A stretch of 64,000 nucleotides of DNA from the human T2T-CHM13v2.0 reference genome, Homo sapiens. Location of the stretch: the NCBI RefSeq assembly GCF_009914755.1, contig NC_060933.1; one strand, written 5' to 3'. The position numbers and the translations under genes are program-made. Under the pieces are notes generated by a model. The model saw nothing but the letters and a program-made list of their open reading frames with translations, searched no databases and was not told the origin of the DNA. Shown in pieces: positions 25,915 to 41,325 of the stretch; the first letter of the stretch is position 1; every line of letters starts with the position of its first letter.

Positions 25915-26125
25915 TACTCATGGACATAAAGATGGGAATAGCAGAAACTGGGGACTACTGAGGGGGGAAGGAGAAAGGGGACAAGGGTTAAAAACTGAAT
26001 ATTGGGTACTATGCTCAGCACATGAGTAAAGGGATCATTCATTGCCCAAACCTCAGGATCATGCAATATACCCAGGTAAAAAACCTGCACATGTACCCCC
26101 TGAATCTCAAAGTTGAAAAAAAAAT
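25915..26125 (+). mobile_element. Old primate L1 (late L1PA/L1PB-like) 3' end
   Basis: ggacataaagatggg...ccaaacctcag...aacctgcacatgtaccccctgaatct followed by an A-tail. Confidence 0.85.
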
Positions 26126-26972
26126 TTAAAAAGAGAAACAAACAAAAAATAATAAAATAAAACACACATAACAATTAACCCAATCATTCTATTCCTAGGA
26201 ATTTGTCCTACGGATATATTAGTATGCTCAGACATATATACATAAAATTGTTCACTGAAATACGTTTTGGAAAAGCCAAAAACTGGAAGCAACCTAGATG
26301 TGCATGAATAAAGGAGTGGTTAATAATTATATGATTCAATCATTCAACACATATTCAGCAGGAACGGGGGACACAGCAATGAACAACACAGACAGAAATC
26401 CCTGCCCTCATGGAGCATATGTTATCCCTACAGTGGAAAAATATGGTATGCCTGAAACGTAGGAGGAAGATCTATAAACATTGATAGCTCTCCAAGAGCT
26501 ATGAGTAAGTGAAAAACTCAAGGTGCAGAACAGTATGGCTGGCTATCTAGCTAGCTAGATATTTAGATCATATGATCCCACTTGGAAACACATATTTTAA
26601 TTTGTTTAAAATTCTGGTGAATACAAAAGGAACTTAACGGTCCTTTGGGAAATGGGATTGAGGTCCAGAAAAAACAGAATCTTAAATATGTTTGAAAAAC
26701 AAACAAAAAAGCTGGTCCTTGGACCCAGCAGCTAATTTGAAATACAGAGCCTCAGAATTTATTACCTGTGGCCTACTGATGCATAATCTATATTTTAGCA
26801 GGCAATTGGTTTGTACCTTAGAGTTTGAGAAGCACTGGCATAATTCATGTGTATTGAGTTCTGACTTTAAGCAGATATATGGAAAATTCCCACCTTTAGA
26901 TAGGGTTTTCATGCATAATAATGATGAGCTATTATTTGCTTCCCAGCTCTTAGAGGATCATATGGTTTGGAC

Positions 26973-27514
<542 letters not shown>

Positions 27515-27917
27515 GTTTAGACCATGTGCATGTGCCTGAGCACACATGTTATCTAGAGGCCATGGAGTGTTTAGAAGAGCAGCCCTTCAATCCTGGCTCC
27601 ATTATTTACACGCTGTGTGGCCTTGAATGCCATGCTTCCTCTCTCTGGGCTTCAATTTTCTCATGTAAAGCGTATGAGCATCAATCTGCTTTGTCAACAT
27701 GTGTCATGGGAGAAATATCTGCCTATGCCCCTCAAACACAGGCTTTGAAAGGGATAGAAAACAGTTTTACAAGATGGGTTATGCTTTAAGGGTATTGGGA
27801 AATGAACAGAGGATGTGATGTGGTGATAATAGGGGAAGAAAATTAGGACAGGTAGTAGGTGAGCGAGACTGATGTGCAGTCCAGCAAGGCTTGCTGGTTA
27901 AGCTTTATGCTGTTTGA

Positions 27918-28289
<372 letters not shown>

Positions 28290-29614
28290 TTATCAGTAAA
28301 TATTTTTAATATCACCCTAGAGGTGGGAGATTAGCACACCACTGCAACTTTTGGATCTGGGCCCAGGCCCTTTATCAAATTCCACATAGTAAATATGAAC
28401 ACTTAAATCCCACATTCCTAATAAGATGTGTTTCATTACAGAATGTTCAGACAGAAAAAAAAGGATGTCCCTATAAGGGACAGGTGACAGAACACACTGG
28501 AGAGATTATGTTTTCCCGAGGCTGTGATTCCACACTGCTAGCTGAGCTGTCCACTTCCCATGACCCTCACCCCCAGAGCATGAAGGGCTGAGCTTCTGCC
28601 CCTATCCTGGGCATTTGATGAAAGCACCATGTTTACCAAAACATGAGCTGCTTAGAAGAAGTTGAGAGGATAACCCTGGCTCCAGTCCAGAAATAAGTTT
28701 TGCAGGGAATGAAAAAAAACCCATCTTCATCTGCTGTATGGCTCCTGGAACTGGGGGGAAAGGAATGCAATTTAAGGCAGAGAAAGGAATGGTTATTGGG
28801 ATCCTACTGTGTGCTGGGAGCTTTGCTTATTTGCCTGTTAAATCCTTGCCAAAGCTCTTCAGGGTTATTTTAAGGTAAAACACCACTTTATAGTTGAAGA
28901 TCTTGAGATTACTGAAGTTAAGAAATTTATCCAAAGCCACACAGCTTGGAAAGGGCAGACACGGGATTTGGACCCTGTTAGTTTTTAACAGCAGCACACC
29001 AGCCAGGAAGAGGATCTAGTCCCTGCATAATCCTGCACATGCAAGTGAGCTTTGCTTACAGCTCCTCCTTAGTGATGAACCTGGCAGCCCTCTATGGCAC
29101 GTGGGACTTCTGTCTGCCAAGGACAGATATGAAACAGGTTCCAATTCCATTTAATTATCTCAACACCAGGAAGTGGGCATTGTTACTATTATTCTTAATT
29201 TAGGGATGGGGGAAATTGAGGCTTAATGAAATAATGTGTCTATAGTCACACAGTTGGCCAAGCTGGGACTCTGAGTCCAGAGCTGGCCTCTTAAATACAA
29301 AGTCATTGTATCCCAAAATTGTTGGATCATGTGAACCACTTGGAAATACTGGTAAAAATTCGCTTTCCCGAATCCCTTTTCTGGGAAAAATGGTGGGTCT
29401 TGGTGCAGCCCCACGTGATTCTTATGATCAGGTGAATAGGAAAAGCTTCCCTAAGCTCCTGGCCATAGGAGTTGAGTAGCAAAAATGCTATGTTTTGTGT
29501 CAGATGCTCTCAGCCTCTATCTGATATTTGCATTAGCCTTAATTTACAGAAGAGGCCACAGAAACCAGGGAGAAGAATGGCCAAGGGTGATACAGCAGGA
29601 AATGGCAGAGCAGT

Positions 29615-30308
29615 ATCAGAAACTCATAGGAGCAGAGAGTAGAATTGCAGTTGTCAGGAACTGGGTGAAGGGAAAAATGGGGAGGCAAGGACTAAAGGGC
29701 ACAAAGTTTTGGGAACAGTTTTATTATGCAAGATAAATAAGTTCTGGAGATCTATTACATAGTATAGTCCCCATAGCTAACAATACTGTATTGTAGACTC
29801 AAATTTCACTAAGATATGTTAAATGTTTTGTTTTGTTTTTTGAGACAGGATCTCACAGTGTCACCCAGGCTGGAATGCAGTGGTGCCATCATGGCTCACG
29901 GCAGCCTTAAATTCCTGGGCTCTAGTGATCCTCCCACCTCAGCCTCTCAAGTAGCTGTGACTACTGCTGCACAACACCATGTTCAGCTAACTTAATTTTT
30001 CTTTTTTTTTTTTGTAGATATGTGATATCACTATAATCCTCAGACTAGTCTTGAACTCCTGGCCTCAAGCAATCTTCCCATCTTGGCCTCCCAAAATGCT
30101 GGGTGTTAAATGTTCTTAGCATAAAAATCTAAATAAACAAAGAGGGTGGGAGAAAACTATGGAAGGTAATGGATCTATCTATGGCCTTGACGGTGGTGAT
30201 GGATTCACTAGTATATACTTATCTCCAAACTAATCAAGTTGTGCACATTAGATAAGAACAGCTTTTTATATGTCAATTATACTTTAATAAAGTGGTTTGA
30301 AAAAAGAA
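29615..30308 (+). mobile_element. L1MB-type 3' end split by an AluJ
   Basis: aaactcataggagcagagagtagaat...aataagttctggagatcta...ggtggtgatggattcac...aataaagtggtt. Confidence 0.8.
29826..30103 (-). mobile_element. AluJ
   Basis: Diverged antisense Alu with TSD tgttaaatgtt. Confidence 0.9.
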
Positions 30309-31000
30309 AGTTAGCTTTCTGATTCCAGCCCCTATGCTACACCCAACACTGGTCTTGATTCCTGCAGAAGATGTCAGAAAACCTTGGAAACATGGAGCCA
30401 CACAAAAGAAAAGAGGTTTTTTTTTCTGCAACCAGTTCAGGAGTCAGAATGCCAGGAAAATTCACCCCTTGACTCCTCTAATCCAGCCTCCAACTGCTGT
30501 CCTCAGTGCACTTCTAAGATCTTGCCAATGGTCCCTCAAAGAAGGCAGCAAAGTGCTATGTTTCCAAGTGACAAGTTGAGGATTTTGCTAAGAGCTTGAA
30601 TACTGCAGAATATTGCTCCATAGAGAGGCTTGGGAATAGCCTTGAAAATCAGAAGCTAATGCCTCCTTTTAATTAATGCTGTCTCTACTAACAGCCTCTT
30701 TTGCTTTTTCTTATTTCAATGAGATCATCGTCTATTATAAAGCACACAGACCTGAGAGTGCACAAACACAACTTTCCAGGCCTGGTTCTGCCACTAATTC
30801 TCTATGGGACCTTGGCATTGGTGCTCCTGTACAGTGTCAGGGTTGGATGCCATGTCTCCAAGGCTTCAGACAGAATATAGTGCAGACAAACAGACTGAGC
30901 ATTGAAGGACTGGCTTATTCATTTATTAGTGATACAATTTTAGGCAATTTACTTAACCACTGTGAGCCTCAGGTATCCCATCTACAAAAGGGGAGAGTTT

Positions 31001-31302
31001 AGCCAGGTGCAGTGACTCACATCTGTAACTACAGCACTTTGGGAGGCTGAGGTGGAAGGATCACTTGAGGCCAGGAGTTCAAGACCAGCCTGGCCAACAT
31101 GGTGAAACCTTGTCTCTACTAAAGATACAAAAACTAGCTGGGCATGGTGGCGCACGCCTGTAATCCCAGCTACTCTGGAGGCTGAGGCAGGAGAATCAGG
31201 TCAGCCCAGGAGGCATAGGTTGCAGTGAGCCAAGATCATGCCACTGCACGCCAGCCTGGGCGACAGAGCAAGGTTCTGTCCCAGACAGACAAACAAACAA
31301 AA
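31001..31302 (+). mobile_element. Alu (older S/J) with a (CAAA)n tail
   Basis: Full Alu; ggagagtt duplicated on the flanks. Confidence 0.93.
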
Positions 31303-31649
31303 GAGGAGAGTTTGTTCAAATTGTTCTGCAAGGCTTTTCCAGCTATAAATTTTGTGGTTCTTCAGTAACTGAAAGAAAGAAATTGACAAGAGAATAGAAT
31401 GATGTAGTATAGTTCTCAGAGGCTGCAATATGAAACAGGAGAGTGCTGGGAGCCTTGAAGGCATGACTGTTAAGTGAACTTTGGTGTTAAACCCAGATGC
31501 TACCACTTTAGCTGTTTGACTGCTAGGCTAGTTAGCCTAATCTGTCTGTGCTTCAGTGTCCCACAAATATGTCTGTGCCTTTGCTTCTCAGTGTCTTACA
31601 ATGTGCTGAGATAAGACAGCATGTCTTATCGTAAGATGCATCATAAGAT

Positions 31650-31957
31650 AGCATGTCTCTGTCCAATCCTTTGAGATAGCAATGGGACTTAATTTGACCA
31701 GAAATAGAAGCAGAATTTCACTGCTAGGAGAAAGTTATGATAGCCAAGTTTGTTTCTCACTATGAAAGCATTAATGGAAGCACAGAAAGGTGATTCTTCT
31801 GTCAGTCCAGATTTCCGAACACCAGAATGGCCAGGGCCCCTGCCATTCAGGGAGAGGCAGGTGGTATGACCAACACATAAAAACTTTCACAGTCAGGCCA
31901 CTGAAGTTTGAAATTGTTTGTTCCCAAGACACAAACGAATGCATTCTGACTGATACA
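31650..31957 (+). mobile_element. Old MLT1-type MaLR LTR fragment
   Basis: Ends cactgaagtttgaaattgtttgtt...ctgactgataca, a typical MLT1 3' terminus. Confidence 0.55.
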
Positions 31958-34312
31958 TTCATTTCCTTTTATTCATAAAGCCAAGTTGTTAATGGCTCCT
32001 TTGCAATAGGTGTGAAAATATCAAATGAAAAAACACATAAAGTATTCAGCATAGGTCCAGACACATAAAAAATGTACACACCATTAAAGGGGCGGGGGGA
32101 GGGAAAGAGGTGGAAGGGAGGGGAAAGAAGGTTTCAGAAGCAGCATGTTTAATTAATCACCTCTTAGGAAGGCACTAGAAAAATCATAGGCCACAACAGC
32201 TTTGGAGACCACTTAATAAGAACTGACTCAGTATCCTCAGTGGGGGAATGAGTGAGTGCTACTAACAAACACCAGCTTTCCTTGAATCCTTATAGAAAGC
32301 CCTTCAGTCTTGCCAAGCGTGGGTTGTGGGTGCTGAATCCCCAAATCCCACATCTTACCCCAAACTGTCCTCTTATGCTATACAATATGCACATCTGATA
32401 AGCAGACAAGATTGAAAAGTCCCTTTCTAATAAATCTCTCATGAGCTCCTCCAGCTCTTTGCAGGTCATTCTTGAGGGCCTATTGGCAAATGCCTACTGC
32501 CAGCAGACCCATCTTATTTATGATGAGGCTTTTGCAAAATCTACCACTGTAATTTGCTCAGTCCCCATTCCCAAGCAGCTTTTCCTTCCTGTCATTTCTG
32601 AGACACCAGGTTCAATAATAGCTCTTGACTGATGTTTATCTAAATCTCTGCAATCTATAACCAAAGTTTACCTTTCTTCCTTATAGGAATGAAGTAGAAT
32701 GAATGTGGGTAAGAGAGTGGGGGGGGGGAGAATAAAAAACAAACAAATAAACATCAAATACCACCAATCTTTGGTGAGTTTATCTCACTTGAATAGTCTG
32801 TCAATTCCCACACTGATCAAGAGCAAAGGAAAGGGGATTCTGACAGTGACCCTACATGGATCACTGAGACCAACACTTAGCACCGGAAGGGATAAGAAAC
32901 AACAAAGCTTGACATCACTTAATGGATTTGGGGGCAATTTGGAAGTGAAATCATTGGCTCTTCACATTTCCACAGAACTTGACATTTTACCAAAGGCTTC
33001 ATTCATGTCAATTTCAACATAATTCCTAATCCAGTGGTCTCTCTCAGCACCATCCAGTCTCTCAAAACAAGCCCCATTCCCTTCCGAGGAATAAACTGTA
33101 TTTTGATTTTTGTATGAACTGTGTCCTTCTTTCTTGATCTTTTCATGTCTCCTTCAGTCCTTCCGTCTTGCACACATTTCCCCCTTCCCCGCCTTCTGCT
33201 GTCTGTCTCTGTACCTCCTTAACTCTGTTCACTGCTCTACATCTCTTCTTAATTCTTTCTTTGCTTGCTGTTCCCTCCTGCTGTGACATAGACTGTTCTT
33301 TAGTGTCTCCTCTGTTTTTGTCTCTTTCTCCCTGCCTCTGCTCGGTCTGACTGAGTCTCCTTGTCACTCTTGCCCTGTCTTTATCTTTCCATGTGAATCT
33401 CTTAATGTGCACCATGCTTAATTTTTGCACACAGTGCAAACCCTTGGACTGTTCAGGAAATATCACCACATGCTCGCCCCCCAGAACAGGCTGTAGCCTA
33501 CATGCAGTGACCTGAAGAGGTAGCTCCCCATGGAGTGGTCTTTGCCTAAGATCCCTCCTTAGTTATAAATTTGGTCTCCCCCTGTGGCACCTGGGTCCTC
33601 ACTCTACACTGAGAACAGGGATAGAACACATGGCTCTCCTCATCACATGCTGATATGGGATATAAAGTAGTTGCATACATCCTTTATTGCAGAACAAGAA
33701 ACCAGGGAGCACTGGTTTGGGAGTCAGAAGCTAACTTTCAGCATGAGAGGAGTTCCAATCACTGTGAATATTGAGCCAGTTATATTATTTCCTGAGCTTC
33801 CGTTTCTCCATCTGTACAAGTAAGGTCTGAAATAGTTAATCTTTAAGTTCTTGTCTAGTTCAGAGACATTACATTTTTAAGCGCTTTGTAAAGCAGAAAT
33901 CTGGGTTGCTCTTTCAGAGATTCAAGAGAGGAAATGAAAACACAGACCTCTCTTATATCAGCAGTTGCTAGGTGGGGTGATCTAGGCAGGGGCAGGGAGG
34001 AGTACAAAGCAGAACTGCAGCTGTCACACAGGAGACACTAGCTGGTAGAGAGTTTGATATCCTAGGCCAGCCAATTGTCAGGAAATGAGGCATATGGTGA
34101 GACGGCTGGTGGCAGTACTTGCTGGCTACTCTCTAGGGCTGGACCAGAGATTACTTAGAGGAGGGAGGAAAGGAAGTAGTAGGAGGAGAGAAATGACAAC
34201 TGCATTTGATGCTGAAATATTTGCAGGCTTTCAGGAATGTGAAGGACAAAGGAGCTCCATCCTCCCTGCTGTCTGGAGCTCAGGAAGGGAGACTTGAAAA
34301 AGATAAATTTAC

Positions 34313-34661
<349 letters not shown>

Positions 34662-35080
34662 GAAAAGATAAATTTAGACCCATCAGAAGTGGCTTGCCTT
34701 TCCACAGTGGGGAGGCAACTGACTTAGCATGGTTCCAAGAGGATACATGGTCTGGAGATGGAAATAATTGCAAAGAAAGTTTAGCTGAAGCCAAGGACGA
34801 CAGAGCTTAAATGGAATAGATTGCTCTAATATAATGGTGGTAGTCTTGGGAGTTTTCTAAATCTTGAGGGTCATCAAAAGAGAAAATCCTGGTCTGTTCA
34901 CTGTACTCCCCTCCATGGGCAAATCAGGGCACTTAGGCTCTGGCTGTTCAGAGGCAATCCAGGGTTGAGAAGTTGGAAACAATTAGCAGAGTATTTGAGG
35001 CAGAACAATGACTTCTAATGGACCTAAAATTGTGTCTGGGACTGGACAGTCAGTCCTAGGCCAGCCTTTAAGGGGCCATG

Positions 35081-35396
35081 TTCTTTCTTTCTTTCTTTTT
35101 TTTTTTTTTTTTTTTTTTGACATGGAGTCTTGCTCTGTCTCCCAGGCTGGAGTGCAGTACCACTATAGGCTCACTGCAAGCTCCGCCTCCCGGGTTTACG
35201 CCCTTCTCCTGCCTCAGCCTCCTAAGTAGCTGGGACAACAGGCAGCCGCCACCACGCCCGGCTAATTTTTTGTATTTTTAGTAGAGACAGCATTTCATCA
35301 TGTTAGCCAGGATGGTCTCAATCTCCTGACCTCATGATCTGCCCGCCTCAGCCTCCCAAAGTGCTGGGATGACAGGCATGAGCCACCACAACCAGC
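35081..35396 (-). mobile_element. AluY/Sc-like
   Basis: Diagnostic ctgcaagctccgcc and gttagccaggatggtctc; TSD gccatg(t/c)tctttc. Confidence 0.92.
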
Positions 35397-36317
35397 GGTG
35401 CCATGCTCTTTCTCACTGACGAGTCTGTTGGCCGTGGGAAGATAAGCACTCCAAGCAGTCAGGAGAACTGAGAACGTGGGCTGGTCCCACAATGACTTGC
35501 TTTGTGACCAAGTCCTTTCCCTGCATGTAAAATGAGATCCCAGGATTTAATGAAGTTTGTTCAGGATCTAGCCTCTTACTACCCATGTGGATCCTTCTTT
35601 TGGACCAAGCTATCCTTCACACAACAGAATGGTACATTGGCTCAATTATCAAATGCCAGCCACTCTGAGAGCTGCTGTGAGAAATGAAACTCCATAAAAC
35701 ATACAATGTACCTATGGAAATGGCTGGCTTCTGTTAAAAGCACCCCATTTTAAAGATGAAGCAGTAGAATTATGCTTCTCATGGGTGGGGCTGGGATTTG
35801 AAGGCATGTTCATTGGCAGTCTGTTTTCTTGACTCCCACCCTTGCTTATCCATATGTCTGGGCCTTTGCAGGCTCCTTCCTGGACAGGAAAATGCCCTTT
35901 AACTCTTATCTGTCCCAAGAGGCACTATTCTTTGCTATCACTTCAAACCTCAGTTCACAAACTTTGTCCTTTGAGAAGCCCTTTATCTTTCCTTCTAATT
36001 CCTTTCAACAGGCTTCCATGGGAACTCTTTGGAAACCATCGTCTTTCCTTGGAACACTGCTTTGCAAATTAAATTTTTCTATTTTTTTAAAACTTGTGTG
36101 TGTCATCTTGCAAGCTTTTAAATTTCTTCCTCAAAGAGAAGGAATAATTCCTTTATTTTTTTATTTTGTATTCCAAGCAACATTATTCTATCCATGATGT
36201 TGCTCAAGACACACTTTCATAGACCATTAAAATTATAGAAAACTAGTATTGTAGAATCTCAGCATTGAACTGCAATTCATCCAGACTATCCTTAAATTTT
36301 TCCCAGAGCTTTTCCTG

Positions 36318-36971
<654 letters not shown>

Positions 36972-38113
36972 TCGGAGCTTTTCCAGTAAACTAGCATTCA
37001 GTCTCTGCTTGAGCAACTGAGTCATGGATCCACCTGCCAACGATACCTAAAGTGTCAGAGGGGCCATTTCTATCTCCTTTTCCATCTTATGCCCAATAAC
37101 CAGCATGGTATATGAGAAAGAGGAGATTCTCAAAGAGTATATGATGATTACAAGGATGAACGGTTTTAGTGAATTCACATCTCCATTCTCATTCTGTAAA
37201 ATGGGAGTAAGAGGGTATGCTGAATTGAAATACAAGAGCAAGGTTTTAGAGTCAGCTGGAGTTACATCTGATTCCTGACTCTACCTCTTACTAGATGATG
37301 ATCTTGAGAAAGTCACTCAACCTCTCTGGATTAATTTCTCAATTGTAAAATGGAGGTCATAGTGCCTCCAGTGATTCTAATAATGAAGCTAAAATGAAAT
37401 TATCTTGGCTCTCCTACTTCCTAGAAGGGAGTCTTTGGAAAGCTACTCTAGATTTCTCTTTCTCTTCTGTATAAAAAGGATGATAATGACTCCTGCCTCA
37501 CAGGATCATTGTGAGGATTACATAAGTTAATAGACAAAAAATACTTAGAAAACCCTTTCGTGTATGCTGAATTAATGTTAGTGGACATTATTATTGTTAG
37601 TAGTTAGTAGTAAAGAACTTGACACAGAATAATTATTAATAAATGGTAACCATTTATTACCACTCATAATACAATTATCACTACTATTAGTAAGATGATG
37701 GAATGGAAACAATGATTATTATAATGGTGACTTATTACTAGTTCTGACTTTTATTGATATGACCTCAAATGATTAGGAGAGCCTTGCTTTGTGATAATAT
37801 CTTTTTTTTTATGCAAACATGGTTAAAAGTATAATGTGTGTGTGTACGTGTGTGTGTGTGTGAGTGTGTGTTTAGATAATCCTTCTCCATACATACAACA
37901 AATCTCACTCTACTAGCTTATGGTTCTTCAAGCTTTGAGGCATAAGTAAGTCACCACTTAAAGTTTCTCTTCTTTAGGCAGAACAGTTTCAACTGTCCAA
38001 AAACCCTTTACCAATATCTTGCATCTTTAATCCTCACATAATCTGGCCAACCTAGCCGTCACTCACTATTGAGTGAAAAAAGCAATTTCTAAACAGCTTT
38101 ACTGGGATTTGGG

Positions 38114-38115
<2 letters not shown>

Positions 38116-38157
<42 letters not shown>
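38116..38157 (+). repeat. (TG)n microsatellite
   Basis: About 20 perfect TG units; a shorter imperfect TG tract at about 37835-37871. Confidence 0.97.
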
Positions 38158-38159
<2 letters not shown>

Positions 38160-38645
38160 GCAGACAGGAAAAAACAGAGAGAGAAAGAGAGAAGTAGAAA
38201 TTTTAAGAGCATTCAGGAAAATGTTAATTCTAGGTATTTCTGGGTGATGCGATTTTTATTTTCTACTACATTAAATGTCCTTATTTTTGAACTGCCTGAA
38301 CAGCATGCATAAAATACTTATTTTTCAGTAGACTGAAAGATTAATTAATGTTTTTCAAAATGCCATTAACTGTACTTATATGATAATTTAAGATTGAATT
38401 TAAAATGTGGGGCTAGAACTAGGAAAATGGCAAAGTGGGACAAATATATGCTAGGACCATGAAAAAGAAACCTTATGGAATAAAGTTTGATGACTTTCCA
38501 CACTCCTTAAGAGGGTACCTGTGAGCTTAAAGTGATGCTGGCCAGAATAACAGGTCTCTACCCCATTGTGCCCATGGCTTCCTCCCTGTGCCCAGGTTGT
38601 TTGTCAGTGACTCAGACAAGCAATGTGCAAGTATCTACAGCATAC

Positions 38646-38834
38646 CTAAAGGTCATCTGGAAGACTTGGCCTTGGTTCACATGCTGGGTCCGGTTGTTGT
38701 AACCATGTAGCATCTCTCCAAAGAGGGTATCATTGAATTTGGAGTCAGGTTTGAGGCACTTGGGGCCCTCGCAGACATCTGAGAGCATTAAGCAGGATTT
38801 TCCATCAGGAGCCAGTTTGTACTCCTCCACGCAA
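38646..38834 (-). CDS. ASTN2: ASTN2 next coding exon, 189 nt, phase 2 to 2, end of EGF-like repeat leading toward the MACPF region
   Basis: Minus strand reads ttttatcatacag|T TGC GTG...TTT AG|gtatgc. Translation (G)CVEEYKLAPDGKSCLMLSDVCEGPKCLKPDSKFNDTLFGEMLHGYNNRTQHVNQGQVFQMTF(R). GG+T joins the previous exon in frame as Gly. Lies within track ORF 38612..38869. Confidence 0.96.
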
Positions 38835-39274
38835 CTGTATGATAAAACAGAGCTCAGAATTAGCTTCACATCCTGAATGCCCCCATTGGGGGTGACCTAA
38901 AACCAAGGCCTCCTTTCCCTGCAAAACAGGTCAGAGTTTAGGAAGGAGACAGCTATTCTACCTGGAATCTATCTAGGGCACAGATGTCTAGAGAGAAGCA
39001 CATTAATACTGCAAATTGGTAAATTCAAGGAAAGTCATTTGTGACATTTTGGAGGAGTCAAGGGGACACCAGCGTGCACGTTCACACACAAAGCAAATTT
39101 AAAGACTGTTTCCCATGAACATACAGACTTTAAAAAGCATGACATACCAATTCACAGGGAATCATCAACTAGTGTCTCAAACCAGAATCTATTCCCAGTA
39201 CATCTGTCAACCAAGGTTGAAGACTGTAGCAAATACAAGGTTTTTATCATCCTGGTAGCTCAGAGGTGAAACCT

Positions 39275-39295
39275 TCCAGGACCATGGACAGCACA
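39275..39295 (+). promoter_or_regulatory. Candidate RE1/NRSE (REST-binding) element
   Basis: TCCAGGACCATGGACAGCACA versus consensus TTCAGCACCNNGGACAGCNCC; canonical 2-nt spacer. Confidence 0.55.
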
Positions 39296-40843
39296 AGGCT
39301 TCTGTTCACTTAGGGATTTTAGCAGCCTCCGTTGGTCTAACAGCCAGAAAAGCCCTTGACAAGCCTTTGAGACAGGGGTGGCCTCATCTATGGACAAAAC
39401 AGGCATCTGAATAAGGTGTGGAAACAATATTTGCAATTTGAAAAGATTTGCAGTGACAAATCTCAGAGAGGCATGGGCTGGAGGGGATGGGGATGGTTGG
39501 GGCAAGAAATCAGAGATCTCAGCCCCTGAAAAATCATTCCAGAAACTGGAATTCTATGAGTGTCTACCTTTTCAAAGTTCAGCGCTAAGCACTAGGAGTA
39601 TGGTGCACATAAATAAGACAGACAAGAGAATGGTCTGTGAGATTGGACAGACCTGTACAAATGCCATTTTTCTCCTTGTGACCTATATGAACATGAGTGA
39701 GTCATTTAACTTCTATGATCCCCAGTTTCCTCATGTGTAAAATAGAGTAGACACTTCTACCTTAATTCAGTAGGATGCTATAAGGTCACATGATACATTG
39801 GCCACAAAAAAAACAGGAATTGCAATATACTTAACACAATAATCATAATAGTGGTAGTAATGGTGTTATTTCTATTTATTGAGCATGTACTATTCACTGA
39901 ACACTTTATGTATTTATTATCTAACCATGAAGAAAGAAAGAGTAATATCATAATTTCTGCTTTACACATAAGCAAAATAAGGAGCCAAGAAATAAAGCAT
40001 ATAGTACTGTGAGTAAGTAGCAAAGTTGATATTCAAATTCAGTTCTGTTAGAAAAAGGGATGTTTGTCTATTTTTGTCTCCTCCAAATCTAGTGCTTTCT
40101 ATGTGCACAAAATGACCCTGGTTGGTATGTCAGTTTGAGAAAGTAAACAGCAGGCAATCTCTTATTTGCCTTTTTTCAAAGGGTGTAGCAAAGATTCATT
40201 GAAGCTAACCGCAAAGGGACTCAGGAACTCAGATGGGAGAAGGAAGAGGCTCTGTATGGTGGTTTGGAAAGAAAATGTACACAGGTTGTGGGAACCAGTA
40301 GCTGATGCTACAGATATAGAGCTGAACTGGAGGCAGAAAGAAGACAAGCATAGCTGGAAACCTGACCCAAGATCACTCTAGTGAAAAGCCAGGAAGTCTC
40401 ATGCATGAAGCAAACTGTCACTGTTTCCTTGCTTTCCCCTAATCCCTGGTGTACTGCACTGATGCACTGATGGTCTTTCTAACGTTCAAATGTTCCTTTC
40501 CATAGTACAGTGGGGAAATCTCTTGGAAAAGGGCCCTGTCTCAGAGCCTTGGTAAAGTATATCCCCTTCTTTTTGCATCTGTTAAATATTACTAAGTCCC
40601 TTTTAATACAGTTGCAGTGCAGATGAAATGAGTGTATATGGAAGTGAATCGTACATGGTGAGTGTTTCATAAAGTCTAGTTCCATCCATTTATTGAGAAA
40701 ATATGGAGAAATGGTTTACTGGGTACACTGGCTAGAGTTCTCTCTCTCTCTTTATTTCTCTCACCCTCCACACATACCCACATCCCTGTGTGACTGTGAA
40801 TAAATATATTATTGTTGAAGATGAGTAAACATTATCAAAGTCT

Positions 40844-41160
40844 GGCAGGGCGCAGTGGCTCACGCCTGTAATCCCAACACTTTAGGAGGATGAGGTGGGT
40901 GGATCATGAGGTCAGGCGTTCAAGACCAGCCCAGCCAACATAGTGAAATCCTGTCTCTACTAAAAAAAAAAAAAAAAATTAGCCAGGTGTGGTGGCAGCC
41001 ACCTGTAATCCCAGCTACTCAGGAGGCGGAGGCAGGAGAATCACTTGAACCTGGGAAGTGGGGGTTGTAGTTAGCCGAGATCATGCCACTGCACTCCAGC
41101 CCAGGCAACAGTGTGAGACTTCGTCTCAAAAACAAAACAAAACAAAACAAGACAAAAAAA
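40844..41160 (+). mobile_element. AluS
   Basis: TSD cattatcaaagtct. Confidence 0.95.
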
Positions 41161-41179
41161 CCATTATCAAAGTCTATAG

Positions 41180-41289
41180 AGTAAAATATGGAACTTCTTC
41201 ATTTCCCACTCCTCACTTTCTGTCCCAGAGGTCACCATTGTTAATTTTTATGTGCTCTTCCAGGAGTTTTTCAATGCATTTAAATACAT

Positions 41290-41325
<36 letters not shown>

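Noticed and set aside
38612-38869. 85-aa ORF as a stand-alone gene
   Set aside because: Only 38646-38834 is exon; the flanking residues are intronic read-through past the splice sites
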